From: the human T2T-CHM13v2.0 reference genome, Homo sapiens
DNA length: 64,000 bases
Assembly: GCF_009914755.1 (NCBI RefSeq)
Contig: NC_060937.1
Strand: one strand, 5' to 3'
This document shows, piece by piece, positions 47,769-62,533 of this stretch. Position 1 is the stretch's first letter. The number at the start of each line of letters is the position of its first letter. The position numbers and the translations under genes were made by a program. The notes under the pieces were generated by a model, which saw nothing but the letters and a program-made list of their open reading frames with translations, ran no database searches and had not been told where the DNA came from.

Positions 47769-48390
47769 TCCTTGCTTAATTCTTAAAAGGCCTGATTGAG
47801 TTACGGATTTAACAACTGAATTCGTGAAAATAATCTCACTGGAAGGATTTTGCCAACAGGAAGAGTTCGGGATTGTTCATGGGCATTTTTTGTTTTGTTT
47901 TGTTTTCCTCATCACATGCAAAGCCTTCCTTGTTCCACCCACAGATGGGAGATGGAGACGAGTCTTTTCCTGACCAGGTTGTCAAGGCTCACGGGGGGCA
48001 CACAGACCCTTCGGTCAGCTCCTACCTGCAGCCGGGAGCGGTACTGAGTGCCCAGCTTCAGGTTTCACGGATCTCGCAATGATCCTGACAGGCGCAGCAG
48101 CAGGGGGCCCAAGCAGGGTGGTGACTGCCCTGGGGGGCTCAGATAAAGCCAGCAGCACAGGAAAGCACAGCAGGGGCGGGTTTGTAAAGCAAGGGTGATG
48201 GTGAGGGGAGGGTTACCACATGGAGCCTGGGGCCGGGCCAGGCAGGAGAAAGAGGGCCTCATTCTGTTTTTCTAACCTTTGTTAGTTTCAGGTTTTAAGT
48301 ACTGTGAGTATTCAAATTTGGGCTCCTTGCATTACCTGGTTTATGCAGGTAGAATGTAGAATACTATATATTAGGCCAAAAGACCAGTGA

Positions 48391-48711
<321 letters not shown>

Positions 48712-48809
48712 TCGTCCATTCAATCATTCGTCCATTCAATTCATATTTCTCAAGCACCATCTAAGAGCCGAGCCCTGTACTGGGCCCTGGGTGTGTGGGA
48801 AGCTCCACA

Positions 48810-49145
48810 TAGAGCTGCGCTGAGTCCGGTCCTTCCCGGGGCCGCCGCTGGGATTGGTCAGTGCTGCCTCCCACGCGATGCTGTCTCATCGGCGTACCTC
48901 CGAGAACACACTGGGCTCTCTTGGCTTTGTGCTGGGAGTCCCGTCATTTGATAACTGACATTGATAACTCGCGTAGGCACCCGAGACTCTACTTCACTGG
49001 CTGACATCGCTGATCTAAAATTGGGCGCGCGCCCACTCACTCCCGAGACCGCCCAGTTCCTACATCTTGCTGCAAGAGGCCATTTGGTCTGGGGCAAGGT
49101 GGCCTCTGGGTAGCCAGCCTCCACTTCAGCACAGCGTCTGCGAGG
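48810..49145. promoter_or_regulatory. Weak CpG-rich patch, candidate regulatory element
   Basis: Elevated CpG in non-repeat DNA, attgg boxes, palindrome tgggcgcgcgccca at 49022-49035. Confidence 0.35.
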
Positions 49146-49717
49146 TTCAGAAATGCTCACTTCTCTCCAGAAGGCAGGGTGGGGTCCTTGCCACGGTGGG
49201 ACCCCTCCATCTGACGCTAAGAACTGCAGCGGTGGTTTCTACTCTTGGCCTTTAGGTGCCGTGTCCCCAGGGGCCTTCTGTTTCCCGCCTAGGCACTAGA
49301 CAGAGCCAGCCCTCCTTCTCTTCTGCCCACACCTAGAGGCCACACCCAGCCCTGGTCCCGTCCCCGCTCCCAGAAGCAGATCCAGTATCACACTCAGGAA
49401 TGAGAAATTTGTACGGAAGAGTTAACGGGCAGGGGACTCACTCTTCATGCAGCAGAAGGTAACCTGATTCCTCCTGGGCAGTTGTGTTCCCCTCCTAAGT
49501 TCTCTCCTTTTGCTCATCCCCACAGTCTCTATGTGAAGCATTGACCTCTCTCTCCCTTGTTGTGAACCATTTACCTCTGAACTCAGCTTCTGGGCTCCAT
49601 TCAGCCAAACAAAAGTCATGCGGATACTCGGACCATCTATGGTACTTTAAGGGTGCTCCTCGGTGGTCTCAGCCTCCGCACACCTTCCCAACACAAGATG
49701 ATGGACATATTTTTTCA

Positions 49718-50068
<351 letters not shown>

Positions 50069-52419
50069 CTATTGCGAAGGAAACATGTTCTCCTTGATAT
50101 GGGTGGGTGAGGCTTTTCCTGTGATCTAGCCTTGCGCCCTCGGGTCACTGACTCTCCCTGGGCCTCAGTTTCCCCAGCTATAAAAGGAAAGGGTTGGTCT
50201 CATAGTCTCAAGTTCTAACTGGATCTGGAGCAACCGGGGACCACCATGGGAGAAGCGTCACTAACACAGAGAGACAATGGCCTCCTCTTCCCAAACGGAG
50301 TCATGGAACCATCTTTGGACCCATTAGCCAAATAGTCCTCATTCTCTGCATCATCTGGTTGGAGATGTCTAGAAAGAGACAGAATTCCAATTGTGTGCTA
50401 GGTGCCATAAAGAGACCCCTGCGCAGGTGGCTGAGGGGTTGCCATTCTGTCTCCCTGCAGGGCACTGACTTTCACACTAACAATGTCAACTCACCGACAA
50501 CCCTAGGTGATTCTCCAGAAGTTCACGGCCAGCTGTCTGTTCTCACCACACAGAACCAATGCCCGTTCCCTTTTCCTCTAGCTCTGCCGTTGTTCCTACC
50601 TAAGTCACGTGCTGGTCCATCGAGCTCCCTGCATTTTAATGGTTGTTTTTCTGTTTGTTTGAGAGTGGAGGTTGCAAGAGAAGTCTGGTGTACAGCTTAG
50701 CGGGGGACAAGACCAAGCCCATGAATGCCGCTGCTATGCTAAAGCTTCCACACAGATCTTCTCTGGGCAAAGCCAGAACCTCATGCCTGTCAAACAAGTC
50801 AAAAGGGGTTTCTCTAAAAGCTTTGAAATGCAAGACTGATTCAAGGTAGAACTCAAAAATAACAATGACAACAGCTCCCCAAAGGGCCCACAGTCTCTAT
50901 CTAAAGCCCTGGTGAGCTAGTCCATCACTCCAGAGCGTGTAAGCATGCAAAGCACTGCCGCGTGATCCCAGGCCCTATAAGCAAGGAAGGCACTACCCTT
51001 GAGGGAGGAGCCGTGTGTTAATTCCCATTTTAAAGCAAGTAGAAACCCAGGAAGGTAGAGTGATGTGCAGAAGAGAATCCTGTGGGTCAGAGATTCGGAG
51101 GTGCTGGGTCACACAACAAACCCAGGTTTCACCCTGTGCTCTGCCCACTCCGAGGCCCTGGGACCCAAATGTCATAAAACACTCATGCACTTCCCAGGGG
51201 CTCAGTGTAAATGGCGCACTCTTGGCACACCTGATTTTAACACTTGTCAAGCAGATAAGGCCTTGAGAAAATTTAGAAGAACAATGATTGGCATTTTGCC
51301 ACTTAAAACCTTAAATGAACTCCCACTTTAAGACGTCAGCCTTTGAGGTTTATTATCAGGCAGCCTCTTCCACTGGAAAGATTCTCTGTTGCACTGAGGT
51401 CTCCGGCTTCACGTGCTGCACAAGAAAAGCACAGCTATTGTGCAAGGAGAATGAGAGGAGCAAAAATGAATATGAATCTGCTGCAAAATGCCCTCCTGAT
51501 ACTCATGTCTTATTCATGAATGTGCCTCATCAACATTGAGACCACAGGGAAATTTGTACTATAAGTGGGAATTCTAGAGAAAGTGGCTAACTTAAATTTT
51601 CTTACTTTAACCAGCTCTTGATGAATAATGCATAATATACAAGATGCTTATCAAGTTTGACTTAGAAAATGAGAAAGTAAATTTACTGAAATAAGAAGGA
51701 GAGAAAAAAACTCCAAATTATTCAAGGACTTGAGATCTACAATAACAACAAAATATCACAAGCACTTAAAAAAAGCTGACCAAGAGAAATTCCTCTCCTT
51801 AGTCATTTAGTCTACATGGAAAAAATCATCATCATTTATGGAGAACTTTATTTAATAAAATAGGCTGGCTGTGTGTAAAACACCCTCTTGTCCTATGTTC
51901 CTGTCAACAAAACGAAAATTCAACTTCTGCCTAACACCAGATGCCTAGATGGCCTGCAGTTTCCCTTCCAGCTGTCTGATAACATTGAACAGATAAAATC
52001 CTCCTTTAAGAAACAGAGAACTTTTAAGAGTCTGGCAGGCCAAAGAAGTTCTGCTTCAAAAATTAAAGATCTACAATTCTATTAGGACAAAAGGGAGCTT
52101 GGGAGCTCCCATGGGAAAGATTCCGTGTCTAGTCTGCAGAGCATCAGGCTTTGATGGGAAACTGGAACACTCAGCCAGCGCCATCTCCCCTGCCAGGAGA
52201 CGGCCACGGACGGAGGTCACCTGCTCCTGCAGCTGTCGTGGCCACTGGCAGGTCTCAGCAGATCTCATGGTCCCTTAGTCCTGGGGTACCTGGGCATGAG
52301 AGGACAGGGACTCAGACTACAAGAGAGAGATGCTAATAAAAAGGAGAGAGTCAGATCCAAGTGACAGAGAGAGACAGAAAAGAGAGCGACTCACCAAAAC
52401 CAGCACACTGTGGGCCCTT

Positions 52420-52981
52420 TGTGAACCCCAGATATCTGAGACAGACAGCTCTCAGTTAATTTAGAAAGTTTATTTTGCCAAAGTTAGGGATGAGTGCCCG
52501 TGACTCAGTCTCAGGAAGTCCTGGCATGTGCCCAAGGTGGTTGGGGCACAGCTTGGTTTTATACATTTTAGGGAGACATAACACATCAATCAACACGTGT
52601 GAGATGTATGTTGGTTCTGTCCAGAAAGGCGGGACAACTCGAAGCAGGGAGGGGGCTTCCAGGTCATAGGTAGGTAAGAGACAAAAGGTTGCATTCTTTT
52701 GAGTGTCTGATCAGCCTTTCCAATTCCAGCCATCAGATATGCATCTATGTCAGTGAGCGGAGGGCGAGTTTGAGTTCTGTCTGTCCTTTGTCCACAGGGA
52801 AATTCCTTATGAGGGAGGTATGTCACTCTTTTTTTCTTTCTTTCTTTCTTTCTTTTTTAATCTTAGTAGCTTCCTTTTTAAGGAATAGAATGGGATGCAG
52901 CTTTGCCCTAAGCAGTTCTCAGCTTGACTTTTCCCTTTAGCTTACTGATTTTGGGGTGCCAAGATTTATTTTCTTTTCACA
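52420..52981 (-). mobile_element. MER4A/MER4A1-like solo LTR
   Basis: The - strand starts tgtgaaaagaaaataaatcttggcaccccaaaatcagtaagctaaagggaaaagtcaagctg; TG...CA ends; 4-bp TSD cctt. Confidence 0.88.
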
Positions 52982-53039
52982 CCTTTCAAGGCAATCCTGC
53001 TCTGTCTGCAGAGATGACAGAAAGCTGCACTCAAGCGGG

Positions 53040-53152
53040 ACCCAGCCCCTTTCCATTATGGACGCAGAGAACTGAGGCCCAACACAGTCCTGGCACCCAG
53101 CCCCCTTTCCATTACAAACGCAGAGAACTGAGGCCCAAGACAGTTCCTTGGC
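53040..53152. repeat. Tandem duplication, 2 x about 55 bp, MIR-like
   Basis: cccagcccc(c)tttccatta...acgcagagaactgaggcccaa at 53041 and 53096. Confidence 0.9.
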
Positions 53153-53305
53153 TGCAGAAGAGAAAGAAAATGAGAAAACCAGGAAGAGCAAGAAAAGGAG
53201 GAACAGGAAAGGGAGTTTATCAGTTTCAAATAACACTGTTTAATGAAGCAATTTTTAACTCATTTTTATTTTATTAAGTTGAACCTAATTCAATGTTTTA
53301 CATTG

Positions 53306-53363
53306 AACCATATGAAATAGCCATTTTTGCCAGTAAAACTGGAGAATTTCATGTAGTTCCACT
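53306..53363. mobile_element. MADE2-like mariner MITE remnant
   Basis: ttgaaccatatgaaatagcc...aatttcatgtagttccact, imperfect inverted ends. Confidence 0.5.
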
Positions 53364-53456
53364 TGATGTATCGTCGGTGGGAGTCAGTTCTGACTTGATA
53401 TATCGTTGGTGGGAGTCAGGTCTGACTTGATATATTGTTGGTGGGGGTCAGTTCTG
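53361..53456. repeat. 32-bp tandem repeat x3
   Basis: acttgat(g/a)tat(c/t)gt(c/t)ggtggg(a/g)gtcag(t/g)tctg, contiguous with no spacers. Confidence 0.92.
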
Positions 53457-53529
53457 AGTTGGACCCACATGTTTAGACCCTCTGGGTCAGGAATTCACAG
53501 ACTTTTTCAAATTACCAAATTCAGGAATG

Positions 53530-53925
53530 AAAGAGTGGATGACACTGTTGACCAGCCTTACAGAAACAGAAAGGGATGTGATGGGGATTGCTAGGAGAAC
53601 TGTGTGCCAATAAAGTAGGTAACTAAGAGGAAATGGAAATTTTTACAATAATAAAAGCTACTGAAATGAACTCAAGAAGAAACAGAAAATCTGAATACAC
53701 CTATAACAAGTAAAGAGACTTAATTAGTAATTTTAAATTTTCCTACAAAGAAAAGCCCAGGCCCAGATAGAAGTAATACCAAAACTTCACTAACTCTTCC
53801 AAAAAATAGAAGACCACTTCTAAGGAACACCTCCTGATTCACTGTATGAGGTCAGTATTACCCCAATACCAAAAGCAGGCTAATACTGTCATCACAAGAA
53901 AACTACCTCAATGAATATAAATGCA
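53530..53925 (+). mobile_element. L1 ORF2 fragment
   Basis: aactcaagaagaaacagaaaatctgaatac...aagaaaagcccaggcccagat...tatgaggtcagtattaccccaataccaaaa. Confidence 0.8.
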
Positions 53926-54225
53926 GCCGGGTGTGGTGGCTCAGCCTGTAATCCCAGTACTTTGGGAGGCCGAAGTGAGCAGATTGCCTGAGGTCAGGAG
54001 TTTGAGACCAGCCTGGCCAACATGGGGAAACCCCATCTCTACTAAAAATACAAAAATTAGCCAGGCATGGTGGCGACACCTGTAATCCCAGCTACTGGGG
54101 AGGCTGAGGCAGGAGAATCACTTGAACTCAGGAGGCGGAGGTGCAGTGAGCCAAGATGGCACCATTGCACTCCAGCCTGGGCGACAGAGTGAGACTCCGT
54201 CTCAAAATAATAATAATAATAATGA
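53926..54225 (+). mobile_element. Alu (S-like)
   Basis: Dimer with (AAT)n tail. Confidence 0.95.
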
Positions 54226-54569
54226 TAACGCGATTTGCTTTGCTTTTTCTTTTACATTGGCTAATTACAAGACACATTAAGAAGGTACTTGAGCACAATT
54301 AACTGGGGGTTGAGGGAGAGGGAAGGCCAGAGGCAGACAGAGCTCTAGTGATGATCCTGTGGGTTGAACCGTACAGTCTAGAGTGGCATGAGGGCGTGCA
54401 CACGGGTCTCCTCTCCTGGCTTGCAATCCCACCGGCCTCACACCCCTGCAAGGTGCTGTCTTCAAGATTATTATAAATAGCAGTGCTGGGGGACTGCAGG
54501 ACCAAGGACCTGGATGTACTCAATGTGATTGATTACAATGTGATGTGATTACAAAAACTTAACGTTTCA

Positions 54570-54857
54570 GCTGGGCGTGGGTGGCTCACACCTGTAATCC
54601 CAACACTTTGGGAGGCCAAGGCGGGGTATCACCTGAGCTCAAAACTGGCCTGGCCAACATGGTGAAACCCCATCTCTACTAAAAATATAAAATTAGCCAG
54701 GCATGGTGGCACATGCCTATAATCCCAGGTACTTGGGAGGCTGAGGCAGGAGAATCGCTTGAACCCAGGAGGTGGAGGCTTCACTGAGCCAAGATCACGT
54801 CATTGCACTCCACCCTGGGCAACAGCGAGACTCCGTCTCAAGAAAAAAAAAAAAAAG
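54570..54857 (+). mobile_element. Alu with a deletion in the B-box region
   Basis: cacctgagctcaaaactggcc replaces gaggtcaggagttcgagaccagcc. Confidence 0.93.
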
Positions 54858-54869
54858 AAGTAACATTTC

Positions 54870-55692
<823 letters not shown>

Positions 55693-56251
55693 CTCTGCTT
55701 TTTTTTTAGTAGCATAGGAGGACCTGATACCTCCCTGCAGCCAAAACCCCTCCTAGCTCCAGGTGGACAGGAGGTGAGAGGGAGAGGAATCACCACAAGA
55801 AAAGGTCAGAATCGTCTGAGAGAACGTTTCTCCTTGGGGGAATCCCACAGCAGTGGAATAAAGCAAAGAACCTAGGAGACAGATGCCTCCTGCCAGGGGG
55901 CCTGATGTGGGTGCCTTGTTTACTAAGCATTTATTTATCACTGCTAAACACCCCCAGGCCGGTGGCTGAGCTGACCTCAAGATCTGAGATAAAGCTAGGG
56001 TGGGTAGAAGCAGAAAGTACAACTGCATAATTTCAGTGCCAATGAATAAAGGAAAACGGTTGTTGGCTAAATGGATCAAGCAGCCCACCCCACAGCCCCA
56101 AATACAGCATACGGTAGGAAAACAAATAAGTTATTTCCACTGGCATTGATGCTTTTGGGTCTTTTTGAGAATAATTTACTATAATTCGTGTAGAAAACCT
56201 TTGATTTTAGAAAAATGTTTTAAATAAATTAATTTTTTCACAGTCTACTGT

Positions 56252-56715
<464 letters not shown>

Positions 56716-56810
56716 TCAAAGGTGCGATTCAGAGCTGCCGGTGGCTGGGGCCCGTCCGCAGCCTTCCCTGAGCTCCCCTGTGAATGCTGTGCGGATTGTT
56801 CAGATGGAGA

Positions 56811-56893
56811 TCACTGAACACCTACTAAGCGCCAGGTGTCTGGGGGAGCACGTCACTGAACACCCACTGAGCTCCAGGCGTCTTGAGGGGCAC
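56811..56893. repeat. Degenerate tandem duplication, 2 x 42 bp
   Basis: tcactgaacacc(t/c)act(a/g)agc(g/t)ccagg(t/c)gtct at 56811 and 56853. Confidence 0.8.
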
Positions 56894-57091
56894 TTTCCAC
56901 CGATTTTGTCCCTGATGGCAGAGCCGCTGTGGGACTGGAGGTCATAGAATTCTCTTCATCACACAGACAAGGACATGGAGGGTGGAGATGGCCGAGGGTG
57001 GCTACGGGCATCTTATCAGGAAGGAGTCTGCCTGGGACCCCACTCAGGGCTCACACCCACACACACTCTCCATGCCTGGGACCCACACAGG

Positions 57092-57094
<3 letters not shown>

Positions 57095-57128
<34 letters not shown>
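57095..57128. repeat. (CA)n microsatellite
   Basis: Perfect cacaca run. Confidence 0.95.
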
Positions 57129-57129
<1 letters not shown>

Positions 57130-57241
57130 CCTCCACCTGATTCTTCTGCCTCCTGGATTCTGTCTGGGGCTGAGACCCAGGTAGCGGCCAGCACCAGGTG
57201 TCTTTCTGAAGCAGCCAGTACAGAGACCCAAGACAAGGCCC

Positions 57242-57905
57242 TGGGGCCTCCTTCCTGATGGGGCCTCCTTCCTACTAGGACCTCCTTCCTGGTGGGGTCT
57301 CCTTCCTGGTGGGACCTCCTTCCTGATGGGGCCTCCTTCCTGTTGGGGCCTCCTTCCTGATGGGGCCTCCTTCCTGTTGGGGCCTCCTTCCTGGTGGGGC
57401 CTCCTTCCTGGTGGGACCTTCTTCCTGGTGGGGCCTCCTTCCTGATGGGGCCTCCTTCCTGGTGGGACCTCCTTCCTGATGGGGCCTCCTTCCTGTTGGG
57501 GCCTCCTTCCTGATGGGGCCTCCTTCCTGTTGGGGCCTCCTTCCTGGTGGGGCCTCCTTCCTGGTGGGACCTTCTTCCTGGTGGGACCTCCTTCCTCATG
57601 GGACTTCCTTCCTGGTGGGGCCTCCTTTCTGATGGGACCTCCTTCCTGGTGGGGCCTCCTTTCTGATGGGACCTCCTTCCTGGTGGGGCCTCCTTCCTGG
57701 TGGGACCTTCTTCCTGGTGGGACCTCCTTCCTCATGGGACTTCCTTCCTGGTGGGGCCTCCTTTCTGATGGGACCTCCTTCCTGGTGGGGCCTCCTTCCT
57801 GGTGGGACCTCCTTCCTGGTGGGGCCTCCTTTCTGATGGGACCTCCTTCCTGGTGGGGCCTCCTTTCTGATGGGACCTCTATCCTGGTGGGGCCTCCTTC
57901 CTGGT
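57242..57905. repeat. 17-bp minisatellite, about 39 units (GGGGCCTCCTTCCTGGT and variants)
   Basis: 17-nt periodicity over about 663 bp. Confidence 0.97.
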
Positions 57906-59709
57906 AGAGCCCATGGGGAGGAGGTAGGGACGGGACTCCCCCTCCTAAGGAGTCTGTCTGCCATGTGCATAGAGACACCTGACACCAGGGTCACAAAGGA
58001 CCCGCCTTCCCCTTAGTCCCAAACTGAGGGGTTCCCAGAAGGATGGGACTTGCGGTGTTAAAACCAGGAATGTCCCAGGGAGGTGGGAGTGAGCCCAGAG
58101 CCCAGGCTTTTGCTGGAGCCCCCGAGTCGCAGGGCAGTGGCCTGGACTATCTCACCAGCTGGAGGAACACTGCCACCTGCCAATGGCGGCACTGCTAATT
58201 TCCGGTCACCGCAGTCAGCTAAGATTCATCCCACCTGCCTAGGGGCTAGGCCTCAAACCCACGTCATCTGCGTTGTCTGCAGCTGTCAGCGTCTTGGAAT
58301 GTGCACCCACAGGGCTCACACGCTGAGCGAACTTGGCTGTGTGATTAGAGCCCCGGGCTTCTGGGTGAAGATTTAATTTCTCTTGTTAAATAATTTACAG
58401 CTCTGGCAGGCAGCTGAAGAAGTTTCATTTGCAAATGCCAGTGTTTTTAGCTTAGCTTTTTCCCTCAAAACTCTGAGTTTGAAAGAATAAACTTAAAAAG
58501 GATACGTTTCCAGGCTTTCTTCTCCCTTCATTGAATGGTGTTTCTTCATGTAGCTTGAGGAAATGGCTTGGAGTCAGTTGCAGGAAATAAAGTGAAAATT
58601 AGAGACTCACAGCCATATTGGCAAGAATGAGAGAGAGACAGACAGAGAGGAAGGTAGGAAGAAAAGAAGGCACATAGAAACCTAGGTTTGTATTATATGT
58701 GTGCATACACATGTGTAACCCTCTAGTACATAACGGGAATATGGAGGAGATATTGGGAACCCCTGTGAGACAGTGCACCAGTTTGAGACGATACATTGTG
58801 TACTTGGAAATAAGAGAGAACATGCTATGAGTTGTATTTATGTGCTACTTTGTTTATTTATTGTTGTTTTTCCCTGTCAGCAGCAGAATATGTGATATTT
58901 TGTCTAAACCTGACTATGTCCATATGTGACAGGCCTGAGGGGAAGCATGGTGTTTCTAACCTGTCTCTCCCTCTTCACTCCCTGCCCCACCTCCTGCCCC
59001 TCCCTGTCTCCCAGACCCTTCCCAGGCCTCTTAGGCAGCACGTGGTGGCCAGCAGAGGAAAACAGGATTCCAGAACAGTCATGCCATCTCTTTCAGACAA
59101 ACACATGTTGTTAATACCAGCTTCCCTAACTTGAAATAAATTCATACATGTTATCTACCCTCACAGACAGTTTTTGAAAATCTCTGTAGTGTCCAGACTG
59201 AAACAGAAAAGAGAAGCCAAGATAAACCAAAGATCACAGGGATCCCCGAAGCTCTCCAGGGGCAGGGATGATCCTCCCCAGGGGTCGGAAATTCCCAGGT
59301 AACTTTTGACTCTCCAAAAACTTAACCACTGATAGCTTCCTGCTGACCGAAAGTCAATTAACACATATTTTATATGTTATATGTACTGTACACTGCATTG
59401 TTATAATAAAGTAAGCTAGAGAAAAGAAAATGTTATTAAGAAACTCAGAAGAAAGAGAAAATGCATTTATGGGACTGTACTGCACTTATGGATGCTGTAA
59501 GTTTACTTTCTTTATAAGATGAATCGTCCGTCTGAAATAGCGGCAACCACAGCTGCAGACCTCGATCTACGGTACATACCAAGCATTTCCACTTTTTCTG
59601 TTATGTGGTGACGTTTTTCTGCTTCTTGTGGGGGGGGGGGGGGTTCCAGCATCACCAGTGGCACTTCGTGTGGGTCCTGTGGTACTATTCAAACACGAGA
59701 AATACGTGA

Positions 59710-60200
<491 letters not shown>

Positions 60201-60245
60201 ACTCACTACAGTTATTTTTATGCAGTTATGACATCACGCTGCATC

Positions 60246-60579
<334 letters not shown>

Positions 60580-61021
60580 TCACACTGCATCTTCATATTG
60601 GTTTACATTTCTCTCAACTGTGAGTGGCACCATGTACAGTCTGTGTTTGTGTGCATACGTTTTCATAAATTTTAACTTTTTATAATCATTTGTGTATATT
60701 TTATTTTGGTAAATAATAAAATGGACTGGTATCTACATATATTTTATGTCTTCATGAGATATCTAACCTTTTCTTAATTTTTAAAATATTTCTAGGCTAC
60801 ACATTTTATCTGCAAGTTTTTTCAAATTGTTGCAAATCTCCAAAGTTTTCCAATACATTTGTTGAAAAAAATCTGTGTGTAAGTGGACACATGCAGTTCA
60901 AACCCGTGTTGTTCAAGGTCACCTGTAGTAGTTTTGATTTTTATTTATTTTGGATTTCTAATCATTATTTTTATTTTTAATTGATAGAATAATTGTACTT
61001 ATTTATGGGGTGCAATATGAT

Positions 61022-61090
61022 TTTTTTAATTGAAAGCAAGTTTATTAATAAAGAAATTAAAGAGTGGCTACTCCATCAACAGAGCAGACA
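61022..61090 (-). mobile_element. Retroposed polyadenylated LTR (MER41-type R region) fragment
   Basis: The - strand reads ctgctctgttgatggagtagccactc...aataaacttgctttcaatt then an A tail; TSD caatatgat at 61013-61021 and 61091-61099. Confidence 0.75.
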
Positions 61091-62188
61091 CAATATGATA
61101 TTTTGATACATGTATACATTGTGTAATGATCAAATCAGAGTAATCAGCATATTTATGACCTCAAATTCTTATCATTTTTTATGATGGGAACATACAAAAT
61201 CCTGTCTTCTAGCTAGTTTGAGATATATAATACCTTATGATTGATTATATTCACCCTACCATGCAATAGGACACCAGAATTTATACTTTCGATCTAATTG
61301 TAACTTTGTACCGATTGACCAATCTCTCCCTGTTTTCCCCTTACTAACACCCTCCCCAGCCCCTGGTAACTGCTATCCTACTCTCTACTTCTATGAGATC
61401 AGGATTTTTAGATTTCACAGATGAGTGAGACACGGGGTATTTGGCTTTCTGTGTCTGGCTTACTTAACATAATGTCCTCCAGGTTCATCTATGTTATTGT
61501 AAATAACAGGATTTTGTTCTTTTTTATGGCTGTATAGTACTCCATTGTGTTTATATACCACATTTTCTTTATCCATGCATCTGTTGTTGGATACTTAGGT
61601 TGATTCCATATCTTGGCTTTTGTGAATAGTGCTGCGATAAACATTGGAGAGTAGTCATCTCTTAGACATACTGATTTCATTTCCTTCAGCTATATACCCA
61701 GAAATGGGATTGCTGGATTATATGGTAATTCTATTTTTAATTTTTTGAGGAACCTCTATACTGTTTTCCATAATAGCTATACATTCCCACCAGCAGTGCA
61801 CAAGAGTTCCTTTTTCTCCACATCCTCGTCAACACTTATTATCTCTTGTCTTTCCAATAACAGCCATTCTAACAGGAATGAGGTAATGTCTTCTCGTATT
61901 TTGATTTGCATTTCCCTGATGATTAGTAATGTTGAGCATTTTTTCACATGCATGTTGGCCATTTATATGTTTTCTTTTGAAAAATGTCTGTTAAGGTCTT
62001 TTGCCCATTTTTACATCTGATTTTTTTTTTTTTTTTTTTGCTGTCGAGTTATTTGAGCTCCTTATGTATTCTGGATATTCATCACTTGTCAGATAGATTG
62101 TTTGCAAATATCTTCTCCCATTCTATATGTTGTCTTCACTCTGTTGCTTGTTTCCTTTGTTGTACAGACACTTTCTAGTTTGGTGTAA

Positions 62189-62533
<345 letters not shown>

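Noticed and set aside
53361-53456. 32-bp direct repeats resembling CRISPR repeat length
   Set aside because: Units are contiguous with no spacers, there are no cas genes, and the DNA is primate.
57016-57994. ORFs of 320, 182, 142 and 132 aa
   Set aside because: Translations of the 17-bp VNTR and (CA)n.
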